From NCBI GenBank assembly GCA_045577415.1, contig JAZNII010000131.1, forward strand, positions 1-54,546: DNA of 54,546 bases. Reading direction: 5' to 3'. The DNA comes from Eubacteriales bacterium. Lineage in GTDB: Bacteria; Bacillota; Clostridia; Oscillospirales; CAG-272. A model generated the notes under the pieces. That model did not search any database. It had not been told where the DNA came from and worked only from the letters and a program-made list of their open reading frames with translations. Numbering within the stretch: position 1 is the first letter of the stretch; each line of letters starts with the position of its first letter. The position numbers and the translations under genes are program-made. This document shows, piece by piece, positions 9,224 to 18,908 of this stretch.

Positions 9224-10469
9224 ATTACACCGCGAGCTTCTTCCTGCTATGGGTTGCACCGAGCCTATCGCGGTGGCTTTTTGCGCGGCATGTGCAAGAG
9301 AGGTTCTATGCTCTCTGCCCGAAAAAATCGAGATCTTTGCCAGCGGCAACATAATAAAGAACGTAAAGAGCGTTATCGTGCCTCATTCGGGCGGACTTCG
9401 CGGACTGGAGGCGGCGGCGGCGCTTGGTGTCCTTTTCGGTCGCGCTGAATGTGAGCTTGAGGTGGTCTCAAGAGTCACTCGCGCCGAGGAAATAAGCCTT
9501 AAAGAGCGAATGAGTGAGTTTGAATTTTCTCTTGAAGCACTTGACACCGATCACGTGCTTGATCTTATGATAACGGTGCGTCGCGGCAAGCATTTTGCCA
9601 CGGTACATATCGAGGACGAGCATACCAATATCGTTGAGATCATAAAGGACGGCGAAAGGGTAGATATTGCCAAGAAAACGGGCGAAAAGTCGCCTTGTTC
9701 GCCTGAAAATGAGCCTGATCACGAGCTGCTTACTATTGCAGACATATTTGATTTTGCTAACACGGTGGAAATTGCCGATATCAGCGACATTCTGGAGCGA
9801 CAGATAGCGTATAACACCGCCATATCCCGTGAGGGCTTGACGGGAGACTACGGTGCGCGCATAGGTCAGCTTCTCCTCATGCGCGACGACAATATCCGCA
9901 CCAGAGCCAAGGCCTATGCGGCGGCAGGGTCGGATGCGAGAATGAGCGGATGCGATATGCCTGTAATTATCAATTCGGGTAGCGGAAACCAGGGAATGAC
10001 GGCATCTTTACCCGTAATCGCTTACGCTGAATATTATGAAAAATCCCAAGAGGAGCTGCTTCGCTCGCTCGCTCTCTCCAATCTTGTGACCCTTCACTTA
10101 AAGAGTGGTATCGGCCGTCTTTCGGCTTACTGCGGAGCGGTCAGCGCAGGAGCGGGAGCAGGGGCGGGAATTGCCTATCTGCTCACGGGCGATCTCCGCA
10201 CGATAAATCACACTATAGTCAACGCTCTCGCTATTTCGTCGGGTATCGTTTGCGACGGAGCAAAGGCATCCTGCGCGGCTAAGATCGCTATGGCGGTGGA
10301 CGCGGGCATTATGGGCTTTGATATGCACGAGAACGGCTGTCAGTTCTACGGCGGCGACGGTCTTGTCAGCAAAGGCGTTGAGAACACCATCCGCAACATC
10401 TCCGAGTTGGGTCACGAAGGAATGAAGGAAACCGACAAAAAAATAATTGAAATAATGACAAGTTGTTAA
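9183..10469 (+). CDS. L-cysteine desulfidase CyuA/YhaM-like (serine dehydratase alpha family)
   Basis: GCTEPIAVA, AAGSDARMSG, SGSGNQG, LSAYCG, CDGAKASCAAK. Confidence 0.85.
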   Translation: MEKTSILYKTYVEILHRELLPAMGCTEPIAVAFCAACAREVLCSLPEKIEIFASGNIIKNVKSVIVPHSGGLRGLEAAAALGVLFGRAECELEVVSRVTRAEEISLKERMSEFEFSLEALDTDHVLDLMITVRRGKHFATVHIEDEHTNIVEIIKDGERVDIAKKTGEKSPCSPENEPDHELLTIADIFDFANTVEIADISDILERQIAYNTAISREGLTGDYGARIGQLLLMRDDNIRTRAKAYAAAGSDARMSGCDMPVIINSGSGNQGMTASLPVIAYAEYYEKSQEELLRSLALSNLVTLHLKSGIGRLSAYCGAVSAGAGAGAGIAYLLTGDLRTINHTIVNALAISSGIVCDGAKASCAAKIAMAVDAGIMGFDMHENGCQFYGGDGLVSKGVENTIRNISELGHEGMKETDKKIIEIMTSC

Positions 10470-10470
10470 T

Positions 10471-10505
10471 AAAAGGCTCTTTGAATATAATTCAAAGAGC
10501 CTTTT
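10471..10505. terminator. bidirectional terminator
   Basis: AAAAGGCTCTTTGAAT-ata-ATTCAAAGAGCCTTTT. Confidence 0.75.
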
Positions 10506-10573
10506 ATTCTAATGATTGGATAGCCTCTCCTATCTTAGGATTGAATTTTGATGTGTATGCTAATCAAAAACAA

Positions 10574-10800
10574 TTAATTTAGTTCAAAAATTGATATTAC
10601 TCCAATTGAAGTAGAAGCGTCGACGTCGGAATCTGCTAATACCGTAACGCTTTTTGCGAAAGAGCGTTCAAAAGCTCGGCGGTAGCCTCCTTGATCCGAT
10701 GCTTTCCGCCAATAACGATCTCTTGGCAGTCGCAGGAGAGTATGGTTTTGATCTCGTCAGCGAGAACTGCGCCAAGAAAAACCTACAAATTTCCGTAGAC
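10574..10800 (-). pseudogene. C-terminal remnant resembling 2-dehydro-3-deoxygalactonokinase (DgoK)
   Basis: Manual translation FLGAVLADEIKTILSCDCQEIVIGGKHRIKEATAELLNALSQK / frameshift / VTVLADSDVDASTSIGVISIFELN*; no start; follows an aldolase. Confidence 0.45.
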
Positions 10801-10826
10801 GGTTAAATATGTTGTAATTATGTTAT

Positions 10827-11478
10827 TTACCCCTGTACTGTCTTGACGTATTTATCAGCCAACTCGGTTATTCCTTTGAAACCCCTTGCGGATATCAGCG
10901 ATTTGTCGATAATATTTGAGCCTATGCCAAAGCCCGAGATGCCAATTTTCTTGTATTGCGCGATATTGTCAAGATTAACGCCTCCCACGGCGAGCATCTT
11001 GATATGGGAGAGCGGCGCTTTGACGGCTTTTACGTAATTTACGCCGAGATTGTCGATGGGGAAGAGCTTGACAAAATCCGCACCCGCGGTATGCGCCGTT
11101 TGTATCTCGGTGGGGGTCAGTGCGCCTGGTATTGAAACCAGATCCAGCTCGCAGGTCTTTTTGATGACGGCAATGCTTGTGTCTGGAGAGATTATAAATT
11201 TGCCGCCTGCTTCCGAGGTCCATTTTGCCTGATTTTCGGTCAGAACGGTTCCCGCGCCGATATACATTCTGCCCGCAAAATGCTCTGCGAGCATCTTTAT
11301 TCGATCTTCAGTCTCCTCGTCGGAAACACTTCCGTTTGCGCTATACGTTATCTCCAGAAGCCTTACTCCGCCTGCGTACATAGCCTCGGCAAGGGGGATG
11401 AGGTCGTCTCTTTCCACGCCGCGAACGATTACGATAAGTCCTTCTTTTTCTATTGAGTCGATAATTTGTTTTTTTTAT
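10827..11478 (-). pseudogene. KDPG/KDPGal aldolase (Eda/DgoA family) with disrupted start
   Basis: Frame continues upstream of GTG 11417 as KQIIDSIEKEGLIVIVRG to an in-frame TAA; ATA+A-run at 11478 follows GAAAGGA RBS; GAGTV, GADFVKLFP, AVGGV motifs. Confidence 0.65.
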
Positions 11479-11790
11479 AACGCTATTCCTTTCAAAAGCA
11501 TTTTGACTATATTTCAATTTTATTATATATCGAAAGTCTGAATTTGTCAATATTCTTTCCGCTTGGTGGGCGAAATTGATAATTTTTGTCCAAAATTTAT
11601 CAGTTGATTGCTGTTAATGGGCAGAATTCGAATGATTTTATGCCTAAAAATCTAAATCCTGAAAAAAACAAAAAATCTTCCCCACAAAAAGGGAAGAATG
11701 AAATCTTAGTTTTCTTGATGTGACCTAAAATGCAAAAAATCAATGCGTTTTTACCGTTTTGCAATAGTAAGCCTTCTGTTTTTGAATAGC

Positions 11791-11844
11791 TTTTGAAAGA
11801 GGGGGCGGGGAGAAAAGCTTTTATAGAAAAGTTTTCTCCCCGCA
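11791..11844. repeat. REP-like palindrome (may act as kdgK terminator)
   Basis: GCGGGGAGAAAAGCTTTT-atag-AAAAGTTTTCTCCCCGC. Confidence 0.6.
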
Positions 11845-11862
11845 TTCTCTTTTAAGATCTTA

Positions 11863-12891
11863 TTATCTCTGAATTCTACCCGAGCCGTCGCCGCCTGCAA
11901 GCTTTTCTACCTCTGCGAGAGTGACCATATTGTAGTCGCCCTCGATGGAGTGCTTGAGTGCGGACGCAGCAACTGCGAACTCAACTGCGCCCTGAGTGGA
12001 CTTGCCATTCATTAGGGAGTAGATAAGACCGCCGCCGAAGGAGTCACCGCCACCGACTCTGTCGATAATGTGGAGGTCGTACTTCTTGGAGAAACAGTAT
12101 TCGTCGTTTGCGACGTTGTAGAGCATCGCAGACCAGCCGTTATCAAATGCGCTGCGGCTCTCACGGAGAGTGATAGCAACGTACTCGAAATTAAACTTGT
12201 CAGCAAGCTGCTTTGCAACAGACTTGTAGCCCTCGTGGTTAAGCTTACCGCCGTAGATGTCGGTAGCCTCTGCCTCGATGCCGAATACGTCCTTTGCGTC
12301 CTCCTCGTTGGAGATGCAGACGTCAACGTACTGGCAAAGCTCGGTCATAGCCTCTCTTGCCTCTGCTCTTGTCCAGAGCTTACCTCTGTAGTTGAGGTCG
12401 CAGGAGATCTTGATGCCTCGAGCCTTTGCCGCACGGCAAGCGTCCTTACAGATCTCGACAACATTTGCGCCAAGCGCGGGAGTAATACCTGTGAAATGGA
12501 ACCACTCTGCACCTTCAAAGATAGCGTCCCAATCGAAGTCTTCGCGGGTAGCCTTGGCTATTGCGGAGTTAGCGCGGTCGTAGATGCAGACCGAGCCTCT
12601 CTGGGAAGCACCCTTTTCGTTGAAATAGATACCAACTCGATCTCCACCGCGGACGATCTTGGTGGTGTCAACGCCGTATCTGCGAAGGCTGTTTACTGCC
12701 GCCTGACCGATTGCGTGGGTGGGGAGCTTGGTGACGTAAGCTACATCCATATTGTAGTTAGCGAGAGATACCGCAACGTTTGCCTCGCCGCCGCCGAATG
12801 TAAACTCAACGTGGTCGCACTGAACGAATCTCTCGTAGTTGTAGGGCTGAAGTCTGAGCATAAGCTCGCCAAATGTAATTACCTTTGCCAT
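11863..12891 (-). CDS. kdgK: 2-keto-3-deoxygluconate kinase (PfkB family)
   Basis: GELMLRL, GGGEANVA, DLNYR, DRVGGGDSF. Confidence 0.92.
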   Translation of the reverse strand: MAKVITFGELMLRLQPYNYERFVQCDHVEFTFGGGEANVAVSLANYNMDVAYVTKLPTHAIGQAAVNSLRRYGVDTTKIVRGGDRVGIYFNEKGASQRGSVCIYDRANSAIAKATREDFDWDAIFEGAEWFHFTGITPALGANVVEICKDACRAAKARGIKISCDLNYRGKLWTRAEAREAMTELCQYVDVCISNEEDAKDVFGIEAEATDIYGGKLNHEGYKSVAKQLADKFNFEYVAITLRESRSAFDNGWSAMLYNVANDEYCFSKKYDLHIIDRVGGGDSFGGGLIYSLMNGKSTQGAVEFAVAASALKHSIEGDYNMVTLAEVEKLAGGDGSGRIQR

Positions 12892-12925
12892 AATTGTTCA
12901 GATCCTTTCAAAATTTAATCAAAAA

Positions 12926-13882
12926 TTATTTTACAAGATGATATGCAAATCCGTTGATCTCGTCGGCAAGGTAGATGAACTTCATATTGCCCTTGTCGTC
13001 GTAGGTAGCGGTGGAGTAGTCAAACTTAACACCGCGACGCTCAAGGTGATATACCGCGCGGTCAACGTTGTTAGTCTGGATAGCGATGTGACCGTTAGTG
13101 CCGGGTCCCTTCTCATTCATAAACTCGAACTCGGGACTTGCGAAGATAGATTTGGAGGTCTCTTTTGCGTCAAAGGAGAAGTAATTCTTGAGGGTAGCCG
13201 CTGCGCCGGACGCGGTATCGCCGCAGGGATTGATGCCGATGTGCTTGAACTTAAAGCCGAGCATGGTGTCAACTGCTTCGCGAACAAGCTTGGTGATGCC
13301 GTCGAAGTCGCCTGCCGCGATCATTTCAGGCTTGACCATCCAGGAGCCGCCACAGCAAACGATCTTGTTGAATGCGAGATAATCGTTGACGTTTGCGGGG
13401 CTTACGCCGCCGGTAGGCATAAACGTTACGCCGCCGTAGGGAGCAGACATAGCCTTGATCATAGCAAGACCGCCCGACTGCTCAGCGGGGAAGAATTTAA
13501 CGGTTTTGAGACCAAGCTCAAGAGCCGCCTCGATGCCCGAAGGATTGTTGATGCCGGGAACGATGGGACATCCCTTGCTCTGGCAGTACTTGACGATCTC
13601 GGGATTGAAACCGGGGGATACGATAAATTTCGCACCCGCCTCGATTGCGTCGTCAACCTGAGCCTTGGTAAGCACGGTGCCTGCACCCACGATCATATCG
13701 GGGTATTCCTTTGAGATAATAGCGATAGCTTCCTTGGCGCAAGCGGTTCTGAAGGTAACCTCGGCGCAGGGAAGTCCGCCGTCGATAAGAGCCTTTGCGA
13801 GAGACTTTGCATCATCCGCATTCTCGATCTTGATAACGGGAACGATGCCGATGAGAGAGAGTTGCTTTACAACGTCATTCAT
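12926..13882 (-). CDS. eda: KDPG/KHG aldolase with C-terminal extension
   Basis: AEVTFRT, GAGTVL, VKFFPAE, PTGGV, GGSW; ATG 13882 after GGAGG. Confidence 0.92.
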   Translation of the reverse strand: MNDVVKQLSLIGIVPVIKIENADDAKSLAKALIDGGLPCAEVTFRTACAKEAIAIISKEYPDMIVGAGTVLTKAQVDDAIEAGAKFIVSPGFNPEIVKYCQSKGCPIVPGINNPSGIEAALELGLKTVKFFPAEQSGGLAMIKAMSAPYGGVTFMPTGGVSPANVNDYLAFNKIVCCGGSWMVKPEMIAAGDFDGITKLVREAVDTMLGFKFKHIGINPCGDTASGAAATLKNYFSFDAKETSKSIFASPEFEFMNEKGPGTNGHIAIQTNNVDRAVYHLERRGVKFDYSTATYDDKGNMKFIYLADEINGFAYHLVK

Positions 13883-14105
13883 GTTGCTTCCTCCGAAAAA
13901 ACAAATTTTCACAGATACATTATACACTCTTTTTTTTTACTTGTCAATAGAAAATCTTCATTATTTAATTGCCGTTTGTACGATATACCTCCTTTTCCAC
14001 TCGCTTTTTTGGCATGCTTGTTAAATAATGGTTTTATCCTTAAAACAAATCAACGAAAGAAAAATTTACTTCACTGTAAACCAATCCGTTTTTTAGGGCG
14101 AAATC

Positions 14106-14168
14106 TTTTGAAAGGGATGGGGTGTGGGGAAGGGGGAACTTTTCGAAAAAAGTTTCCCCTTCCCCACA
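14106..14168. repeat. REP-like palindrome
   Basis: GTGGGGAAGGGGGAACTTTT-cgaa-AAAAGTTTCCCCTTCCCCAC. Confidence 0.6.
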
Positions 14169-14175
14169 AAAAACA

Positions 14176-14982
14176 TTATAAAACCTTCTCAAAATTGACG
14201 CCGTACCAGATCGGCTTTTCGTCGTTGATAGTGGCATCGATGCTGTCGCAGACGAAATCTGCGGCGACTGCGCTTGCTTCGGCGAGAGTTTTTCCGTTCA
14301 TAACGGAGGCGAAGCAGACGGAGGAGAATATGTCTCCCGTGCCGTGGAAGCTTTTAGCTTTTCTGTCGTTATAGTCGCTGAAAAACTCACCGGTCTCACT
14401 GTCATAGCCGTAGCAGCCCAGCTTATCGGGAGTAAATCCGATGCCCGTCAAAACTGCCTTTTTGCAGCCGAGATCGGTCAGCGAGCGCAGGATATCTTTG
14501 ACGTACTCCTCGTCGTATCCGCTTGCTATATAAGGCTTGTCGATCATAAAGCAAGCCTCGGTCAGGTTGGGGACTATAACGTCAGCCGCAGCGCAGAGCT
14601 TTGCCATTTCGTGAGCGAAAGCCTCGTCAAAGCCCTTGTAGAGGATGCCGTTGTCACCCATAGCGGGGTCAACGAACTTCAATTTTCCTTCGCCGAAATC
14701 GCGGAATATATCAAGCACCAGATCGATCTGCTCCTTTGATCCGAGATAGCCGGTGTAGATGCCGTCAAATTCTATGCCCTCGTCCTTCCATACCTTACAG
14801 ATGGGAGCGATATCCTCGGTGAGATCGCGGAAGGTGAACTTGCTGAACTGGGTGTGGGTGGAGAGTACTGCGGTGGGGAGTATTGCCGCCTCGATACCGA
14901 ATGCCGAAATAATGGGCAGAGCGACGGTAAGCGAGCATTTTCCTACGCAGGAGATGTCTTGGATCGTTAGAATTCTTTTCAT
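14176..14982 (-). CDS. pdxK: pyridoxal/pyridoxamine kinase
   Basis: IQDISCVGKCSL, LSTHT, DPAMGD, PNLTEA, HGTGD. Confidence 0.9.
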   Translation of the reverse strand: MKRILTIQDISCVGKCSLTVALPIISAFGIEAAILPTAVLSTHTQFSKFTFRDLTEDIAPICKVWKDEGIEFDGIYTGYLGSKEQIDLVLDIFRDFGEGKLKFVDPAMGDNGILYKGFDEAFAHEMAKLCAAADVIVPNLTEACFMIDKPYIASGYDEEYVKDILRSLTDLGCKKAVLTGIGFTPDKLGCYGYDSETGEFFSDYNDRKAKSFHGTGDIFSSVCFASVMNGKTLAEASAVAADFVCDSIDATINDEKPIWYGVNFEKVL

Positions 14983-15118
14983 TTTTTTACATACCTTTCT
15001 TGGACGGTAATTTTTATCAAAAAGCGTTGACAAATGCTGATGGATATATTATAATTGATTTTGGTATTATTTAAATATCCAATTTATACAAATTTTTTAA
15101 TACCAGATTGGAAAGATC

Positions 15119-16519
15119 ATGCTGACCTACGATATAGAAAAAAGAGACAGACCGCTTTACGAATTTTTATATATAAACATCCGTGAGGATATAAAAGAAG
15201 GCAAAATAAAGCCGAGAGAAAAGCTTCCGTCCAAAAGGGTTCTCGCCGAGCATCTCGGTGTCAGTGTTATAACCGTGCAAAATGCGTATGAGCAGCTTTT
15301 GTCCGAGGGGTATATCACATCAAGGCAGAGGGGAGGTTATTTTGCCGCCGACCTTGGTGAATTTTCATGCGAAGATAGAAAAAAAGCTATCAATTACCGT
15401 GAAGAAGCAAAAAAAGTTATCGAAAAGTCGGTGAATGATCCCCAAAAAGCTATTATGATCGACCTTGCCTCGTTGGCACCCGATCCTTCGCTCTTCCCGT
15501 TTTCGGTGTGGTCAAGACTTATGCGCAGAGTACTCTCGGAGCAGGACGAGAAGCTGCTCAACCGAGTACCCGGTATCGGAGTGAAGCAACTGCGTCAGGC
15601 TATATCCGATCATCTTTTTCACTTCCGCGGAATGTACGCCGATCCCGACTGTATCGTGGTGGGGGCGGGAACGGAGTATCTGTATAATCTTCTGCTTCAG
15701 CTATTGGGCGATAGGGTTTATGCCATCGAAGATCCGGGATATAAGAAGATCGCGTCGATACTAGAGCTTTGCCGTATTCCGTATATCCCCACACCCATTG
15801 ACGAATACGGTATGATACCCGATATAGCACCAGAAGCGGACGTTTTTCACATCTCGCCATCGCACCATTTCCCCACGGGTGCGGTCATGCCCGCGCCGCG
15901 CCGCCGAGAACTTCTGAGACTTGCCTCGGAGAGGGAAGGCTATATAATTGAAGATGACTACGATAGTGAGTTTCGCTTTGACGGCAAGCCCGTGCCAACT
16001 CTTTTCGGTGAGGATGAGACGAACAGAGTGATATATATCAATACATTTTCCGAAACCATATCACCATCTATCCGTATCAGCTATATGATATTGCCTCGCG
16101 CCCTTATGGACGAATTTGATCGCCGTCTCAATTTCTATTCTTGCACGGTGCCGTCCTTTGAGCAGTATACACTTGCGGCATTTATCTCTGAGGGGTACTT
16201 TGAAAAGCATATCAACAGAATGAGACTGAGATACAGAGAGAAGCGTGACCTTGCGGTGGAGGCGTTGAAGGAGCTTGACTGCGGGATCGAGGTAATAAGT
16301 CCAACCGCGGGACTCGGTCTGCTTCTGAGGCTTGAGACCGAAAAAAACGACGAGTATCTTGAAAAGGTCCTTTTGTCCCAAGGTATAAGGATATCCTTCG
16401 TTTCGGATTATCTCTATTCGGAAAACAAGGCTTATGAGCATCTGGCTCTTGTTAATTTCGTCAGAGCAAGACATGAGGATATAGTCTCGGCTGTGGCAGT
16501 TTTGGCAGAAATACTGTAA
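15119..16519 (+). CDS. MocR/GabR-family (GntR wHTH + aminotransferase-like) regulator, PdxR-like
   Basis: LPSKRxLAEHL, AYEQLxSEGY, PSHHFPTG, IIEDDYDSEF; divergent from pdxK. Confidence 0.9.
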   Translation: MLTYDIEKRDRPLYEFLYINIREDIKEGKIKPREKLPSKRVLAEHLGVSVITVQNAYEQLLSEGYITSRQRGGYFAADLGEFSCEDRKKAINYREEAKKVIEKSVNDPQKAIMIDLASLAPDPSLFPFSVWSRLMRRVLSEQDEKLLNRVPGIGVKQLRQAISDHLFHFRGMYADPDCIVVGAGTEYLYNLLLQLLGDRVYAIEDPGYKKIASILELCRIPYIPTPIDEYGMIPDIAPEADVFHISPSHHFPTGAVMPAPRRRELLRLASEREGYIIEDDYDSEFRFDGKPVPTLFGEDETNRVIYINTFSETISPSIRISYMILPRALMDEFDRRLNFYSCTVPSFEQYTLAAFISEGYFEKHINRMRLRYREKRDLAVEALKELDCGIEVISPTAGLGLLLRLETEKNDEYLEKVLLSQGIRISFVSDYLYSENKAYEHLALVNFVRARHEDIVSAVAVLAEIL

Positions 16520-16631
16520 AAGCTATTTACAAATAAGAAAAAATGTGATATACTATATGTATGGTAAAATATGCTGATTTTATCGGATGTTATCAATATA
16601 TGCCAATTTTCAAGTTGTGGAGGAGAAACCA

Positions 16632-17099
16632 ATGAGATGCCCCTTTTGTGGCCATACCGAGAGCAAGGTTCTGGATTCCAGACCCGTATCCGAGGGCAAC
16701 AGTATCAGAAGAAGAAGAGAATGCCTTGAGTGCCAAAAGAGATTTACTACCTTTGAGGTGCTTGAGTCAGTGCAGATATTCGTTATAAAGAAAAATGGAG
16801 AGACCGAGCTTTTCGACCGCACAAAGTTGCTTGCGGGCGTGCTTAAGGCGACCCAGAAGCGTCCCGTAAACGCCGACGAGATAGTTACCGAGATCGAAAA
16901 TGAGCTTCAGAACTCGCTGACTAAGGAGGTCACCACCGCGCAGATAGGCGAGATGGTGATGGACAAGCTAAAGGAGAGAGACAAGGTTGCATACGTGCGC
17001 TTTGCCTCGGTTTACAGAGAGTTTACCGACGTTGAACACTTCCTTAGTGAGCTTATGGAGCTTAACAAGGCGAAAAAAGATGTTGAAAAAGAAGAATAA
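16632..17099 (+). CDS. nrdR: transcriptional repressor NrdR
   Basis: MRCPFC...RRRREC..C..RFTTFE, ATP cone, VAYVRFASVY. Confidence 0.96.
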   Translation: MRCPFCGHTESKVLDSRPVSEGNSIRRRRECLECQKRFTTFEVLESVQIFVIKKNGETELFDRTKLLAGVLKATQKRPVNADEIVTEIENELQNSLTKEVTTAQIGEMVMDKLKERDKVAYVRFASVYREFTDVEHFLSELMELNKAKKDVEKEE

Positions 17100-17168
17100 T
17101 GCAACAATTTGTCGAAAAATAAACATATTGTTAAGTTGAATTGATTTATTTACAAATATAGAAAAAAT

Positions 17169-17205
17169 TACGGCTACGGAGAAGCTTTCCGTCGCCGTAT
17201 TTTTC
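17169..17205 (+). terminator. intrinsic terminator after nrdR
   Basis: TACGGCTACGGA...TCCGTCGCCGTA TTTTT. Confidence 0.6.
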
Positions 17206-17290
17206 TTTTTCGGATGATAATACTATTTTTGAATATATTTTTCGCTATTGATGTTATAAAGATGGCGAGAGGGGACGGTGTTTATATATT

Positions 17291-18760
17291 ATGGAAGAAA
17301 AGAGACGGCTGACGGGAGACTATTCGCGCAACGTCAGGCTTATCGATGAGATACTGCGAGTTGATGATAATTTTGATCTTATCAAAAAGGTGTTGACGGT
17401 AGGTAAAGACGAGCTGACTTTATATTATATTGACGGATTTGTCAAGGACGTGGTGATGTCAAAGCTTATGTTGTATCTGCTTTCACTTAAGGGACTTGGA
17501 GGAAGTGCGGACGGCGCGCCGCAAGAAGATGACTGCAACAAGCCTGCTCGGCTTATAGTAGAGGAATTTTTGCGCGCGCACGTCCCTTACGTTGAGACCG
17601 ATTTCGCAAACGAGCTTGACGGAATGATACAGATGGTAATGTCGGGCGCAACTCTTATGCTTGGCTCGAGCTTCGGCGAATACGCAATAGTTATAGATGC
17701 GCGAACCTATCCCGCTCGCGAGACGGGCGAACCCGAGGGGGACAAGGTAATGCGCGGAGCGCGGGACGGATTTGTCGAGACCCTCATATTTAACACTGCG
17801 CTGATACGCCGACGCATACGCAATCCCGAGCTGACTATGAGCTATCTGACGGTAGGCGGCTCGTCAAAGACCGACGTGGTTATATGTTATATGAAGGATA
17901 GAGCCGATCTTGCGTACGTCGAGCAGCTTAAAAAAAAGCTGAAAAATATTAAAACCGACTCTTTGACTCTTGGGCATGAATCCTTGGCGGAGTGTCTCAT
18001 TAAAAAGAAATGGTACAATCCGTTTCCGAAGATAAGATACACCGAGCGACCCGACAGCGCGGCGGCGCAGATCTTGGAGGGAAGTGTGGTCATTCTTTGC
18101 GACAATTCTCCCGATGCTATGGTGATGCCAACATCGATCTTTGATTTTATGCAGGAGACCAACGATTTTTATTTTCCACCCTTGACGGGAACCTATATCC
18201 GCATAGTAAGACACGTGGTTTTCTTGCTGGCACTCTATCTTGTCCCGCTATGGTATCTGCTCATAACTCATCAGAGCTTCGTGCCGCCGTGGCTCGATTT
18301 TATCATACCAAGAGAAACGGGAAGATTGCCGATAATCGCTCAGATATTAATAGTAGAGTTTATTATTGACGGATTGCGAATGGCGTCTCTTAACACACCC
18401 AATATGTTGTCCAATTCGCTCTCCGTTGTGGGAGGGCTTATCCTCGGTGACTTTGCGGTCAGCATCGGATGGCTGATACCCGAGGTCATACTGTATATGG
18501 CGTTTGTGGCGATAGCAAACTTTACCCAGAGAAGCTACGAGCTTGGTTATGCCTTTAAATTTATGAGAATAACGTTGCTTATCCTGACGGCGATATTCGG
18601 CTTGTGGGGATTTATCGGAGGCTCCTTGCTGATAGTTATTCTCATAGCTACCAACGAAACGGTGAACAAGAAAAGAAGCTATCTCTATCCGCTGATCCCT
18701 TTTAATTATAAGGCTTTTAAGTCACTGTTCGTGCGTGTAAAAAAGTATGATCTTAACTAA
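17291..18760 (+). CDS. GerA-family spore germination protein (SpoVAF-like)
   Basis: RGARDGFVE, NTALIRRR, TERPD, LSVVGGLILGDFAV, C-terminal TM helices. Confidence 0.88.
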   Translation: MEEKRRLTGDYSRNVRLIDEILRVDDNFDLIKKVLTVGKDELTLYYIDGFVKDVVMSKLMLYLLSLKGLGGSADGAPQEDDCNKPARLIVEEFLRAHVPYVETDFANELDGMIQMVMSGATLMLGSSFGEYAIVIDARTYPARETGEPEGDKVMRGARDGFVETLIFNTALIRRRIRNPELTMSYLTVGGSSKTDVVICYMKDRADLAYVEQLKKKLKNIKTDSLTLGHESLAECLIKKKWYNPFPKIRYTERPDSAAAQILEGSVVILCDNSPDAMVMPTSIFDFMQETNDFYFPPLTGTYIRIVRHVVFLLALYLVPLWYLLITHQSFVPPWLDFIIPRETGRLPIIAQILIVEFIIDGLRMASLNTPNMLSNSLSVVGGLILGDFAVSIGWLIPEVILYMAFVAIANFTQRSYELGYAFKFMRITLLILTAIFGLWGFIGGSLLIVILIATNETVNKKRSYLYPLIPFNYKAFKSLFVRVKKYDLN

Positions 18761-18795
18761 AAAAAGACGGAGCTTGATCGGCTCCGTCTTTTTTT
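18761..18795 (+). terminator. terminator
   Basis: AAAAAGACGGAGC-ttgatcg-GCTCCGTCTTTTTTT. Confidence 0.75.
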
Positions 18796-18908
18796 GCTGC
18801 GAGTAATTATGTGCGTAATTATATAAATATACTGTTGACAAATTATTTGTTGTGTGTTATACTGAAAATGTTAGATAATATTTGCTTTTCGAGAAAGGAA
18901 GTATCATT

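Noticed and set aside
17110-17116. Spo0A box TGTCGAA upstream of the GerA-family gene
   Set aside because: Single 7-mer upstream of the nrdR terminator; expected by chance
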